Notes: generated by a model from the letters alone, not told the origin. A stretch of 55,210 bases of DNA from Candidatus Methylomirabilia bacterium (GCA_041496385.1 JBGQEL010000021.1:1-55210); one strand, 5' to 3'. Shown: positions 1 to 8,972, counted from the first letter of the stretch. Program-made: numbers and translations.

Positions 1-885
1 GAACCGCTCGAGCGGCAGCGGCACGCCGGCGCGGCCGGCGATCGCGACCAGGTGGATGATCGCGTTGGTCGATCCGCCGATCGCCATGTCCGCGCGAATC
101 GCGTTGTCGAAGGCCGGCGCCGTGAGGATCTCGGAGGGCCGGGGCCCGCCGGCCCGCGCCATCTCGACGGACCGCCGGCCGGAGAGCTCGGCAAGCGCGA
201 GCCGCCGCGAGTCGGCGGCGGGAATCGCCGCGTTGCCCGGCAGCGCCATGCCGAGCGCCTCCGTCATCGAGGCCATCGTGGAGGCCGTGCCCATCACCAT
301 GCAGTGGCCCGACGAGCGTGACATGCACGACTCCGCCTCGCAGAGCTCCTCGTCGGTGAGGCGTCCGGCCCGGCGCTCGGCCCAGAGCCGCCAGAGATCG
401 GTGCCCGAGCCGAGCTCCTCGGCCCGCCACTTGCCGCTGAGCATCGGGCCGCCGGTCACGATGAGGGCCGGGACGTCGGCCGACGCGGCGCCCATGAGCA
501 TCGCCGGCGTCGTCTTGTCGCAGCCGGAGAGCAGCACGACCGCGTCGAGCGGATAGGCGCGAATGCACTCCTCGACGTCCATCGCCATCAAGTTCCGGAA
601 CATCATCGTCGTCGGCTTCATGAGCACTTCGCCCAGCGAGATGGTCGGGAACTCGAGCGGGAAGCCGCCGGCGGACCAGACGCCGCGCTTGACGGCCTCC
701 GCGACCTGTCGCAGATGCGCGTTGCAGTTCGTCAGCTCGGACCAGGAGTTGGCGATGCCGACGACCGGGCGGCCGTCGAAGACGTGGTCGCTGAAGCCCT
801 CGGTCTTGAGCCACGAGCGGTGTGCGATTCCGTCGAGGTCGTTGCGGCCGAACCAGTTGCGGCTTCTGAGCGGGTGTGGTGTCAT
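1..885 (-). CDS. IlvD/Edd-family dehydratase (dihydroxy-acid or sugar-acid dehydratase); N-terminal part, runs off the left edge
   Basis: Not in the ORF track. Manual minus-strand translation from ATG 885 gives MTPHPLRSRNWFGRNDLDG...IANSWSELTNCNAHL...SGCDKTTPAMLMG...GHCMVMGTASTM...IGGSTNAIIHLVAIAGR, with the Fe-S cysteine motifs CN, GCDKT and HC. GGAGG SD upstream. Confidence 0.92.
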   Translation of the reverse strand, partial: MTPHPLRSRNWFGRNDLDGIAHRSWLKTEGFSDHVFDGRPVVGIANSWSELTNCNAHLRQVAEAVKRGVWSAGGFPLEFPTISLGEVLMKPTTMMFRNLMAMDVEECIRAYPLDAVVLLSGCDKTTPAMLMGAASADVPALIVTGGPMLSGKWRAEELGSGTDLWRLWAERRAGRLTDEELCEAESCMSRSSGHCMVMGTASTMASMTEALGMALPGNAAIPAADSRRLALAELSGRRSVEMARAGGPRPSEILTAPAFDNAIRADMAIGGSTNAIIHLVAIAGRAGVPLPLERF

Positions 886-904
886 GTGGGCCTCCGGGGC
901 GTCG

Positions 905-910
905 ATTATA
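905..910 (-). promoter_or_regulatory. sigma70 -10 box (TATAAT) for the dehydratase gene
   Basis: ATTATA on + is a perfect TATAAT on -, 19 nt upstream of the ATG at 885, with GGAGG in between. Confidence 0.6.
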
Positions 911-932
911 CGAGGACGGACGGAGCCGGAGC

Positions 933-960
933 GAACCGGCCTCGCGGACCCCACCACAAA
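933..960 (+). repeat. 3' half-copy of the dispersed ~50-bp junction repeat
   Basis: GAACCGGCCTCGCGGACCCCACCACAAA matches the reverse complement of the element upstream of prfA (GAGCCAGCCTCGCGGACCCCGCTACAAA) at 24/28 positions, ungapped. Confidence 0.7.
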
Positions 961-969
961 GGAGTCCAC

Positions 970-1767
970 ATGCGGCTCGCGGGCAAGGTCGCGGTCGTCA
1001 CCGGCGGAGGCAGCGGCATCGGGCGCGGCATCGTGCTCGCGCTGGCGCGTGAGGGCGCCGACGTCGCGATCCCCGACATCCAGGTGCTGAACGCCGAGAA
1101 GGTCGCGGGCGAGGTCAAGGCGCTCGGGCGCAAGGTCATCGCCATGAAGACCGACGTGACGAGCGCGGCCGACGTCAAGGCGATGGTCGACCGGACGCGC
1201 GACCTGCTCGGCAAGATCGACATCCTCGTGAACAACGCCGGCATGGCGGCGCCGCCCGGCATGCCGTTCACCAACAACACGGAAGAGGACTGGGACCGCG
1301 CCTTCACGGTCAACACCAAGTCGGTCTTCCTCACGTGCAAGGCGGTCGCGCCCTACTTCATCGAGCGCAAGGCGGGGCGGATCGTCAACATCGCGTCCAT
1401 CGCGGGTCCGCTCGCGGCGGTCACGATGCCGGCCTACAGCGTGGCCAAGCAGGGCGTGATCACGTTCACGCGCATCGTCGCCAAGGAGCTCGCCCCGCAC
1501 CGGATCACCGTCAACGCCATCTGCCCCGGCGTGCTCTGGACCGACTTCTGGCAGAAGCTCGCCGCGCACATCGCGGAGACGAATCCCGCGTTCAAGGGCA
1601 TGAGCGCCCGCCAGGTCTTCGACAAGCGCGTGGCGGACGTCATCCCGATGAAGGTCGAGCAGGAGCCGGAGGACATCGGCGCGGCGGCCGTCTTCCTCGC
1701 CTCCGACGAGGCGCGCTACATCACCGGCCAGGCGCTCATGGTCGACGGCGGATGTGTCATGTGGTGA
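970..1767 (+). CDS. short-chain dehydrogenase/reductase (SDR)
   Basis: TGGGSGIG, NNAG and YSVAK (YxxxK) motifs, C-terminal ITGQALMVDGG; AAGGAG SD before ATG 970. Confidence 0.95.
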   Translation: MRLAGKVAVVTGGGSGIGRGIVLALAREGADVAIPDIQVLNAEKVAGEVKALGRKVIAMKTDVTSAADVKAMVDRTRDLLGKIDILVNNAGMAAPPGMPFTNNTEEDWDRAFTVNTKSVFLTCKAVAPYFIERKAGRIVNIASIAGPLAAVTMPAYSVAKQGVITFTRIVAKELAPHRITVNAICPGVLWTDFWQKLAAHIAETNPAFKGMSARQVFDKRVADVIPMKVEQEPEDIGAAAVFLASDEARYITGQALMVDGGCVMW

Positions 1768-1771
1768 CGCC

Positions 1772-2950
1772 ATGAACTTCGACTTCGCCGAGAAGGAAGA
1801 GGGCTTCCGCAAGGAGGTCCGGGCCTGGCTCGAGGCCAACCTGCCCGACGACCTCCGCGGCCGGGCGTTCGCCGCCTCGCGCGCCGACCGGGCCGAAGTC
1901 GCCCGCCTGCGCGCCTGGCAGAAGTCGATGCACGCGGCCGGTTACGTCGGGATGGACTGGCCGCGCGAGTTCGGGGGCCGCGGCGCCTCGATCGTGGAGA
2001 TGGTGATCCTCTACCAGGAGATGGCGCGCGCCGAGTCGCCGCAGCTCGTCAACCGCGGCGGCGTCTCGATGCTCGGCCCGACGCTCATGAAGCTCGGGAC
2101 CCCCGCGCAGCGGGCGCGCTTCCTCCAGCGGATCCTCACGGCCGAGGATCTCTGGTGCCAGGGGTTCTCGGAGCCCAACGCGGGCTCGGATCTGGCGAAT
2201 CTCCAGACGCGCGCGGTGCTCGACGGCGATCACTTCGTGGTGAACGGCCAGAAGGTGTGGACGAGCATGGGCCACGTCGCCGACTGGTGCTTCCTGCTCG
2301 TGCGGACGGATCCCGCCGCGCCCAGGCACAAGGGGATCAGCTTCCTGCTCGTGGACATGAAGACGCCGGGCATCACGGTGCGCCCGCTGCGCCAGATCAC
2401 GGGCGAGGCCGAGTTCAACGAGACCTTCTTCGACAGCGTGCGCGTGCCGCGGGAGAACCTCGTGGGCAAGCTTAACGAAGGGTGGAGCGTCGCCATCACC
2501 ACGCTGGCCTACGAGCGCGACCTCCTGACGTTCATCCGGCACATCTCGCTGCGCAACGCGCTCCACCGGCTGGTCCGGCTCGCGAAGGGCCGCGGGCGCG
2601 GCGCGGATCCCGTGATCCGCCAGAAGATCGCGGAGCTCTGGATCGGCGAGCAGGCGCTCCAGCTCAACGGCTACCGGAGCCTCACGAAGATCCTGAAGGG
2701 CGGGCAGCCGGGGCCCGAGGGCTCGACCTCCAAGCTCTTCTGGAGCCAGCTCGACCAGGACCTGGCGCTGACCGCGACGCAGGTGATCGGGCCGTACTCC
2801 CAGATCGCGGAGGGCTCGCCCTGGGCGCCGGACGACGGCCAGTGGGAGTTCTACGAGCTGCTGGCGCGCGGCAGCGGCATCCGCGCCGGGACTTCGGAGA
2901 TCCTCCGCAACATCCTCGCCGAGCGCGTGCTCGGCCTGCCGAAAGACTAG
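1772..2950 (+). CDS. acyl-CoA dehydrogenase family protein
   Basis: WCQGFSEPNAGSDLA, NGQKVWTS, GEAEFNETFFD and AGTSEILRNILAERVLGLP motifs. Confidence 0.95.
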   Translation: MNFDFAEKEEGFRKEVRAWLEANLPDDLRGRAFAASRADRAEVARLRAWQKSMHAAGYVGMDWPREFGGRGASIVEMVILYQEMARAESPQLVNRGGVSMLGPTLMKLGTPAQRARFLQRILTAEDLWCQGFSEPNAGSDLANLQTRAVLDGDHFVVNGQKVWTSMGHVADWCFLLVRTDPAAPRHKGISFLLVDMKTPGITVRPLRQITGEAEFNETFFDSVRVPRENLVGKLNEGWSVAITTLAYERDLLTFIRHISLRNALHRLVRLAKGRGRGADPVIRQKIAELWIGEQALQLNGYRSLTKILKGGQPGPEGSTSKLFWSQLDQDLALTATQVIGPYSQIAEGSPWAPDDGQWEFYELLARGSGIRAGTSEILRNILAERVLGLPKD

Positions 2951-2967
2951 TCGAAAGGACCCCCGAG

Positions 2968-3756
2968 ATGAGTGACCTGCTCTACGAGGTGAAGGACAGG
3001 ATCGCCACGATCACGCTGAACCGTCCCGACAAGCTCAACGCGTTCACCGGGGACATGATCGAGGCCTGGGCGAAGGGGCTCGCCGAGGCCCAGGCCGACG
3101 ACGGCGTGAACGTCGTCGTCGTCACGGGCTCCGGGCGCGCCTTCTGCTCGGGCGGCGACGTCGGCCGCATGCGGTCGGCCGACGCGGCGCCCACGGCGCT
3201 CGACGGCAAGAACAGCCTCTGGGAGGGCGTCCACCGGGTGCCGAAGGCGCTCGAGGCGATGGACAAGCCCGTCATCGCCATGGTCAACGGGCTCGCGGTC
3301 GGCGCCGGCATGGGCATGTGCGTCATGTGCGACATGCGCGTGGCCGCCGAGTCGGCCCGATTCTCAACGGGCTACGTGCGCGTCGGGCTCGTGCCGGGCG
3401 ACGGCGACACCTACTTCCTGCCGCGCCTGGTCGGCGCCGCCAAGGCCCTCGAGCTCCTCTGGACCGCCGACTTCATCGAGGCGCCGGAGGCCCACCGGCT
3501 CGGCATCGTGCAGCGCGTGGCGCCGGACGGCGAGCTGAAGGACGTGACCTACGCGCTCGCGCGCCAGATCGCCGACGGCCCGCAGGTCCCGATCCGCATG
3601 ATCAAGCGCCTCGTCTATCAGAGCCTCAGGCTCGATCTCCGGACGCACCTCGATCTGGTCAGCTCGCACATGTCGATCGTCCGCCAGACCGCCGACCACG
3701 CCGAGGGCGTAGCCGCGTTCAAGGAGAAGCGCCCGCCGAGGTTCCAGGGGCGGTAG
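2968..3756 (+). CDS. enoyl-CoA hydratase/isomerase (crotonase) family protein
   Basis: ITLNRPDKLNA, AFCSGGD, KPVIAMVNGLAVGAG and EGVAAFKEKRPPRFQG motifs. Confidence 0.95.
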   Translation: MSDLLYEVKDRIATITLNRPDKLNAFTGDMIEAWAKGLAEAQADDGVNVVVVTGSGRAFCSGGDVGRMRSADAAPTALDGKNSLWEGVHRVPKALEAMDKPVIAMVNGLAVGAGMGMCVMCDMRVAAESARFSTGYVRVGLVPGDGDTYFLPRLVGAAKALELLWTADFIEAPEAHRLGIVQRVAPDGELKDVTYALARQIADGPQVPIRMIKRLVYQSLRLDLRTHLDLVSSHMSIVRQTADHAEGVAAFKEKRPPRFQGR

Positions 3757-3767
3757 CGCGGGCCGGA

Positions 3768-4175
3768 TCAGCGCGGCGGCAGCACCATCTGGGTCTGGAT
3801 GACGAGCGCGAGCAGGCGGCCGCCGGCGTCGGTCACGCGCGTCTGCCAGACCATGGTCGTGCGGCCGCGATGGAGCGGTGTGGCCTCGGCGCGCACGACC
3901 CCCTCGGTCGCGCCGGCGAAGAAGTTGGTCTTCGACTCGAGCGTCGTCGTCGAGGCTCCGGGCGGCAGGTTGACCGCCGTGGCGGTGGCGCCGACCGTGT
4001 CGGCTAACGCCATGATCGTGCCGCCGTGGAGGCGCCCGCCGAACGTCTTGAGGTCGTCCCGGATCGACAGCTCGGCGACGAGCCGGTCCTGCGTGGCCTC
4101 GGTGAACCGGATGCCCAGCAGCTCGGGCAGGCAGCCCTTGTGGTGCGCGGTCAGCGTGGCGGGGTCGATGGTCAC
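3768..4175 (-). CDS. PaaI-family hotdog-fold thioesterase
   Basis: LHGGTIMALADTVG, TTLESKTNFF and HRGRTTMVWQ motifs; AGGAGG SD before GTG. Confidence 0.93.
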   Translation of the reverse strand: MTIDPATLTAHHKGCLPELLGIRFTEATQDRLVAELSIRDDLKTFGGRLHGGTIMALADTVGATATAVNLPPGASTTTLESKTNFFAGATEGVVRAEATPLHRGRTTMVWQTRVTDAGGRLLALVIQTQMVLPPR

Positions 4176-4187
4176 GGCCGGATCCTC

Positions 4188-4769
4188 CTAGACGGGCGAG
4201 TAGGCGCGATACTCCATCTGCGCGGCGATCTTCTCGCGCGCGGGCGCGCCCCAGAACTTCTCGACGAGATAGAGGCCGAGGTCGAGCGAGGAGGCGACGC
4301 CGCCGGCCGTCACCACCCGGCCCTCGTCCACGATGCGCGTGCCGGTGACGACCTCGCGGCAGAGCGGGCGCAGGAGGTCGAAGGCGTTGTGATGCGTCGT
4401 CGCGCGCAGGCCTCGGAGATAGCCCGCGCGTCCCAGCAGCAACGCCCCCGTGCAGACCGACGCGAGGGGCCGTTCGCCGCCCCAGGACTTCAGATAGTCG
4501 ATCGCGCGCGGGTCGTCCACGAGCGCGCGCGTGCCGAAGCCGCCGGGGACATACAGCAGGTCGAAGCCGGCGAGGTCCTCGTAGACCGCGTCGGGCTTCA
4601 CGACGAGGCCGGTCTCGTCCTCGATCAGGGGCGCGGTGCCGATGATCCGGTGGCTGACGCCGGGATCGACGGACATCGACGCCACGCGGCGGAGGGCGTC
4701 GTACGCGCCGACGAAGTCGAGGAACGTCAGGCGCGGGAAGACGAGGAACGCGATGCGCCTCGGCGTCAT
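4188..4769 (-). CDS. DJ-1/PfpI family protein (isocyanide hydratase InhA-like)
   Basis: FLDFVG (Asp), LYVPGG, SVCTGA (nucleophilic Cys) and VTAGGVASSLD motifs. Confidence 0.88.
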   Translation of the reverse strand: MTPRRIAFLVFPRLTFLDFVGAYDALRRVASMSVDPGVSHRIIGTAPLIEDETGLVVKPDAVYEDLAGFDLLYVPGGFGTRALVDDPRAIDYLKSWGGERPLASVCTGALLLGRAGYLRGLRATTHHNAFDLLRPLCREVVTGTRIVDEGRVVTAGGVASSLDLGLYLVEKFWGAPAREKIAAQMEYRAYSPV

Positions 4770-4773
4770 CGGG

Positions 4774-5298
4774 TCAGGCCGGCTTGACCGACGCCTTGTG
4801 GCGCTGCGCGAGCGCCTGGTAGCCCTCGGGGTTCACGCGCACCCAGAACTCGGCCGGCGTGCCCGCGAGCGCTCCGCGCACCTTCGCGGGCGAGCCAAGC
4901 GCGAGCATGCCGTCGGCGATCTCGGTCTCGGGCGTCACGAGCGAGCCCGCGGCGACCATGGCGCGCGCACCGATCCGTGCGCCGTCGAGGACGGTCGCGC
5001 CGTTGCCGACCAGGCACTCCTCGCCGAGAAACGCCGCGTGCACGGTGCAGTTGTGGCCGATCGTCGCGCCGGGCCCGACCTCGACGCCCTGGCGCGGCGT
5101 GACGTGGACGACGGAACAATCCTGCACGTTGGCGCCGCGGCGCACGACGATCGGATTGAAATCCGCGCGGAGGACGGCGTTGTACCAAATTGACGCGCGC
5201 TCCTCGACCGTCACGTCGCCGATGAGCACGGCCGTCGGCGCGACGAACGCGGTCGGATGCACCGTCGGGCTCTTTCCCTCGAAGCTGAACAGTGGCAT
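4774..5298 (-). CDS. gamma carbonic anhydrase family protein (YrdA/CaiE/PaaY-like)
   Basis: Hexapeptide repeats, VLRAD, NVQD and the His ligands in VVH, IGH and VHA. Confidence 0.93.
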   Translation of the reverse strand: MPLFSFEGKSPTVHPTAFVAPTAVLIGDVTVEERASIWYNAVLRADFNPIVVRRGANVQDCSVVHVTPRQGVEVGPGATIGHNCTVHAAFLGEECLVGNGATVLDGARIGARAMVAAGSLVTPETEIADGMLALGSPAKVRGALAGTPAEFWVRVNPEGYQALAQRHKASVKPA

Positions 5299-5369
5299 GG
5301 GCTGGACCCTCGCAGTATGCTCGGAGTGGCTCCCATCTTACGCGAACCCCGTGCGACTTGGAGGTCCGA

Positions 5370-6395
5370 ATGTCCGCGCCGAGGATCGTCGCCGTCGCCA
5401 CCGCGACGCCGCGGGAGCGCTTCACCCAGGACGAGCTGCTCGCCCTCGCCGGCTACGGCGACGCCCGGCGCCGCGGCTTCTTCAGCCGGAGCGACATCGA
5501 GGGCCGCCATCTCTACATCGACCGCGCCACGTTCCGCGCCGACGAGAGCGTGGACGAGCTCAACGAACGCTTCCGCCGCGGCGCCCTCGAGCTGGGCGAG
5601 GCGGCGGCGCGCGGCGCGCTCGCGCGGGCCGGCTGGAGCCCCGACGGCGTGGACTTCATCGCGACGACGACGTGCACCGGGCGGCTCACGCCGAGCCTCG
5701 ACGCCCACCTGATCGCGCGCCTCGGCCTCAGGCCCGACGTCCAGCGGGTCCACGTCGGCGACACGGGCTGCGCCTCGGCGATGGTCGCGCTCCAGCAGGC
5801 GTCGAACTATCTCCGGGCGCACCCGGGGGGTCGCGCGCTCGTCCTGTCCGCCGAGATCTGCTCGGCCGCCTACGTCCTCGACGACCGGCTCGAGAGCGCG
5901 GTCGCGCACGCGATCTTCGCCGACGGCGCGGGCGCGCTGGCGCTCGCGACGGAGGGCGGGGGGCCCGCGATCGTCGCCCACCGGACGCGCTTCCGCTCCG
6001 AGCACCTCGGCGCGATGGGGTTCGAGTATCCGGGCGGGCGGCCGCGCGTCGTGCTCTCGAAGGACGTACGGCGCATCGGCGCCCAGATGATGGGGGAGAT
6101 GGCCGCGCTCCTCATGGCCGCGCAGGGGCTGAAGCGCGAGGACGTCCGCTACTGGGTGCTCCACTCGGCCGGCCGGCGCGTGATCGACCGCGCGCGGTCC
6201 CTGCTCGAGCTCTCCGAGGCCGACGTGAGCCACTCGCGCGCGGTCCTGCGCCGCTACGGCAACATGTCGTCGGCGACGATCCTCTTCGTGCTCGAGGAGA
6301 CACTGCGGCGCGAGTCGCCCGTGGACGGGGAGTGGGGACTCATGATCGCCCTCGGCCCGGGCTTCGCCGCCGAGGGCGCGCTGCTCCGGTGGTGA
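5370..6395 (+). CDS. type III polyketide synthase (chalcone/stilbene synthase family)
   Basis: Catalytic triad Cys (GDTGCASA), His (WVLHSAG) and Asn (YGNMSSATI); also IFADGAGA and ALGPGF; GGAGG SD. Confidence 0.93.
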   Translation: MSAPRIVAVATATPRERFTQDELLALAGYGDARRRGFFSRSDIEGRHLYIDRATFRADESVDELNERFRRGALELGEAAARGALARAGWSPDGVDFIATTTCTGRLTPSLDAHLIARLGLRPDVQRVHVGDTGCASAMVALQQASNYLRAHPGGRALVLSAEICSAAYVLDDRLESAVAHAIFADGAGALALATEGGGPAIVAHRTRFRSEHLGAMGFEYPGGRPRVVLSKDVRRIGAQMMGEMAALLMAAQGLKREDVRYWVLHSAGRRVIDRARSLLELSEADVSHSRAVLRRYGNMSSATILFVLEETLRRESPVDGEWGLMIALGPGFAAEGALLRW

Positions 6396-6402
6396 CGGCC
6401 GC

Positions 6403-7089
6403 GTGCTGAGGGCGGCGGGCGCGCTGGAGCTCCTCGACCGGCCGGTCGAACCGGCCGCGCGCGCGGCGTCGCTCGCCGACATCGACCGGCTCAACGCCTG
6501 GTTCGGCGGGTACGCGCTGACGTTCCGGGAGATCCGCCGCCTCGCCGCGCCGGGCCGCGCGCTCGTCGTGCTCGACGTCGGCGGCGGACACGCGGCGTTC
6601 GCGGTGCGCCTCGTGCGCCGGGCGCGGCGGCGGGGCCGCGCGATCCGCGTCCTCGTGGTCGAGCGCGACGCCGAGACCCTCCGGCTCGCGCGGCGCGCGT
6701 GCGCGGCGTACGCGGAGATCGCGCTCGTCGGCGCCGACGCGACGGCGCTGCCGTTCCGCGCGGGCGCCGCCGACGTCGTGACCGCGTCGCTCACGCTCCA
6801 CCACCTCGAGCCCGACGACGCCGTGCGCGCGCTGCACGAGATGGCGGCGGTGGCGCGCCGCGCGGTCGTCGTCAACGACCTGCGGCGCACGCGCTCTGCC
6901 CTGGGGCTCGTCTGGCTCGCGACGCGCCTTCTTCGCTGCCATCCGATCTCCCGCCACGACGGCCCGCTGTCGGTGCGGCGGGCGTACTCGCGCGCGGAGC
7001 TCACCGCACTCGCCGAGCAGGCCGGTATCCGGACGCTCGCGATCCGCGAGTATCCCGCGTTCGGCCGGCTGGTCGCGGTGATGGGATGA
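6403..7089 (+). CDS. class I SAM-dependent methyltransferase of the PKS-associated type
   Basis: VLDVGGG motif I, GADATALPF, SLTLHHL, VNDLRR and SRHDGPLSVRRAY motifs. Confidence 0.88.
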   Translation: MLRAAGALELLDRPVEPAARAASLADIDRLNAWFGGYALTFREIRRLAAPGRALVVLDVGGGHAAFAVRLVRRARRRGRAIRVLVVERDAETLRLARRACAAYAEIALVGADATALPFRAGAADVVTASLTLHHLEPDDAVRALHEMAAVARRAVVVNDLRRTRSALGLVWLATRLLRCHPISRHDGPLSVRRAYSRAELTALAEQAGIRTLAIREYPAFGRLVAVMG

Positions 7090-8279
7090 GGGCGGCCGAG
7101 GTCATCGTCGTCGGCGCGGGCCCGGCCGGGGCCGCGACCGCGATCCTGCTCGCCGAGCACGGCGTCGCCGTCACGCTCCTCGACCGCGCCCGTTTCCCGC
7201 GGCCCAAGGTCTGCGGCGAGTACCTCTCGCCGGAGGCGCCGCGCGTGCTCGACCGCCTCGGCGTGCTGAAGGCCGTGGACGACCGCGCCGTGCCGCTCGC
7301 CGGCATGCGCATCACGGCCCCGGACGGCACCGAGGTCGAGGGCACGTATCGCGCGCTCGGCCCGTGGCGCCCGTATCGCGAGCACGCGATGGCGATCCCG
7401 CGCGAGACGCTCGACGCGCTCCTCGTCGACCGCGTGCGCGCGCTGCCCATCGACTTCCGGGAGGAGATCCGCGTGACCGGCGTCGTCATCGCGCGCGAGG
7501 GTGTCGCGGGCGTGGAGGCGGTGGACGCCGCCGGGGCGACGCTCGCGCTCCGCGCCCCGCTGGTGATCGCCGCCGACGGGCGGGCCTCGCTGATCGCCCA
7601 GCGGCTCGGGTTGCGGCGCGCGCACCGGCTCCGCCGGATGGCGCTGGTCACGTACGTCACGGACGTCGAGGGGTGCCGCGACCGCGGCGAGATCTTCGTG
7701 GATCCGCCGGACTACGCGATCCTGAATCCGGTGGCGCCCGATCGCGCGAACCTGTCGCTGGTCGTGCCGCTGGCGCACGCGGCGCCCTGGAGCGGGCGGC
7801 TCGAGGACTTCTTCACCGCGCGGACGCGACAGCTCACCCACCTGGCGCGCCGGCTGGCGGGCGCGCGCCTCGTCGCGCCCGTCCGCGCGATGGGGCCGCT
7901 CGCGTACACGGTCCGGCCGCCGAAGCTGGGCGGCGTGCTGCTCGTCGGCGACGCCGCGGGCTTCTACGACCCGTTCACGGGCGAAGGGATCTTCGCCGCG
8001 CTGCGCGGCGCCGAGCTGGCGACGGAGACCGCCGTCCGCGCCCTCCGCGCCGGCGACTGCTCGCGCGAGGCGCTCGCCGCCTACACGCACGCGCGGCGCC
8101 GGACCTTCGCCGGCAAGGAGCGGGTGACGCGCGCGTTGCAAGTGGTCGTCCGGCACCGGGCGCTCGCGAACCTCGTCGCGCGCGGGCTCGCGCGTCGGCC
8201 CGCGCGGCTCGACCTCCTGCTCGGCGTCATCGGCGACTACGTCCCGCCGCGCGCGCTGCTGGGCGGCCTCCTGCGCTAG
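7086..8279 (+). CDS. FAD-dependent oxidoreductase (geranylgeranyl reductase/MenJ-like or flavoprotein hydroxylase fold)
   Basis: VVGAGPAG, FPRPKVCGE, IAADG and LVGDAAGFYDPFTGEGI motifs; ATGA overlap with the methyltransferase stop. Confidence 0.88.
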   Translation: MRAAEVIVVGAGPAGAATAILLAEHGVAVTLLDRARFPRPKVCGEYLSPEAPRVLDRLGVLKAVDDRAVPLAGMRITAPDGTEVEGTYRALGPWRPYREHAMAIPRETLDALLVDRVRALPIDFREEIRVTGVVIAREGVAGVEAVDAAGATLALRAPLVIAADGRASLIAQRLGLRRAHRLRRMALVTYVTDVEGCRDRGEIFVDPPDYAILNPVAPDRANLSLVVPLAHAAPWSGRLEDFFTARTRQLTHLARRLAGARLVAPVRAMGPLAYTVRPPKLGGVLLVGDAAGFYDPFTGEGIFAALRGAELATETAVRALRAGDCSREALAAYTHARRRTFAGKERVTRALQVVVRHRALANLVARGLARRPARLDLLLGVIGDYVPPRALLGGLLR

Positions 8280-8282
8280 AAT
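8277..8282 (+). promoter_or_regulatory. putative -10 box (TAGAAT) for the RraA-like gene
   Basis: TAGAAT overlaps the upstream TAG stop and is followed by a short leader containing GGAGG. Confidence 0.4.
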
Positions 8283-8303
8283 CCCTGACCGGGAGGGCGA
8301 GGG

Positions 8304-8969
8304 ATGGCCAGCCGATCGGACAACCTGCCGCGCCGCTTCGCGCGGATCTACACCGCGGCGATCACGGACGTGATGGACGAGATGGGGCTCCAGCGCCAGA
8401 CGCTGCCCCCGGCGATCCAGCCGCTGACCTCCGACATGCGCGCCGCGGGCTTCGCCTTCACCGCGCGGGGCCGGCCGCATCGGGGGACGCCGCGCGAGCG
8501 CGACGAGACGCTCCGTCGCTTCCTGAAGATGCTCGGTGCGGTGCCGCCCGACTCGATCCTCGTGCTCGCCGCCAACGACGCCGCGGCGGCGCACTTCGGC
8601 GAGCTCAGCGCCGCGTGGTTCCGCGCCCGGAAGGTTCGTGGCGCGGTGGTGGACGGTGCGACGCGCGACGCGGCCCACATCGCGCGCATGCGCTTCCCGA
8701 CGTTCGTCCGCTATCGCACGCCCCAGGATTCGGTGCCCCGCTGGCGCGTGCAGGACTGGGGACAGCCGCTGACGATCGGGGGCGTGCGCGTGAGCCTCGG
8801 CGACATCGTCGTCGCCGATCTCGACGGCGTCGTGGTGGTCCCGCGCAGGGCGGCCCACGAGGTCCTGGTGCGCTGCGAGAAGCTCGTCGGCACGGAGAAC
8901 AAGGTGCGGCGCGCGGTGACGCGGGGGCTGACGCCGCTGGAGGCCTACGAGAAGTTCGGGAGCTTCTAG
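8304..8969 (+). CDS. RraA family / 4-hydroxy-4-methyl-2-oxoglutarate aldolase-like protein
   Basis: TAAITDVMD, FGELSA, VVDGATRD and GDIVVADLDGVVVVP motifs. Confidence 0.88.
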   Translation: MASRSDNLPRRFARIYTAAITDVMDEMGLQRQTLPPAIQPLTSDMRAAGFAFTARGRPHRGTPRERDETLRRFLKMLGAVPPDSILVLAANDAAAAHFGELSAAWFRARKVRGAVVDGATRDAAHIARMRFPTFVRYRTPQDSVPRWRVQDWGQPLTIGGVRVSLGDIVVADLDGVVVVPRRAAHEVLVRCEKLVGTENKVRRAVTRGLTPLEAYEKFGSF

Positions 8970-8972
8970 ACG

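Noticed and set aside
52..1090. Plus-strand ORFs 52-321, 56-556 and 563-1090
   Set aside because: They are mostly antisense shadows of the IlvD/Edd gene, which the ORF track missed because it runs off the window edge.
7086..8279. Flavin-dependent halogenase
   Set aside because: No WxWxIP motif is seen; PRxKxCG and DPFTGEGI fit the geranylgeranyl-reductase-like group.
5211..8858. 1215-aa minus-strand ORF and other long antisense or alternate-frame ORFs (8605-11061, 16021-18024, 20087-21868, 31720-34248)
   Set aside because: They shadow well-supported genes, are Arg/Ala/Pro-rich without motifs, and are expected in high-GC DNA.
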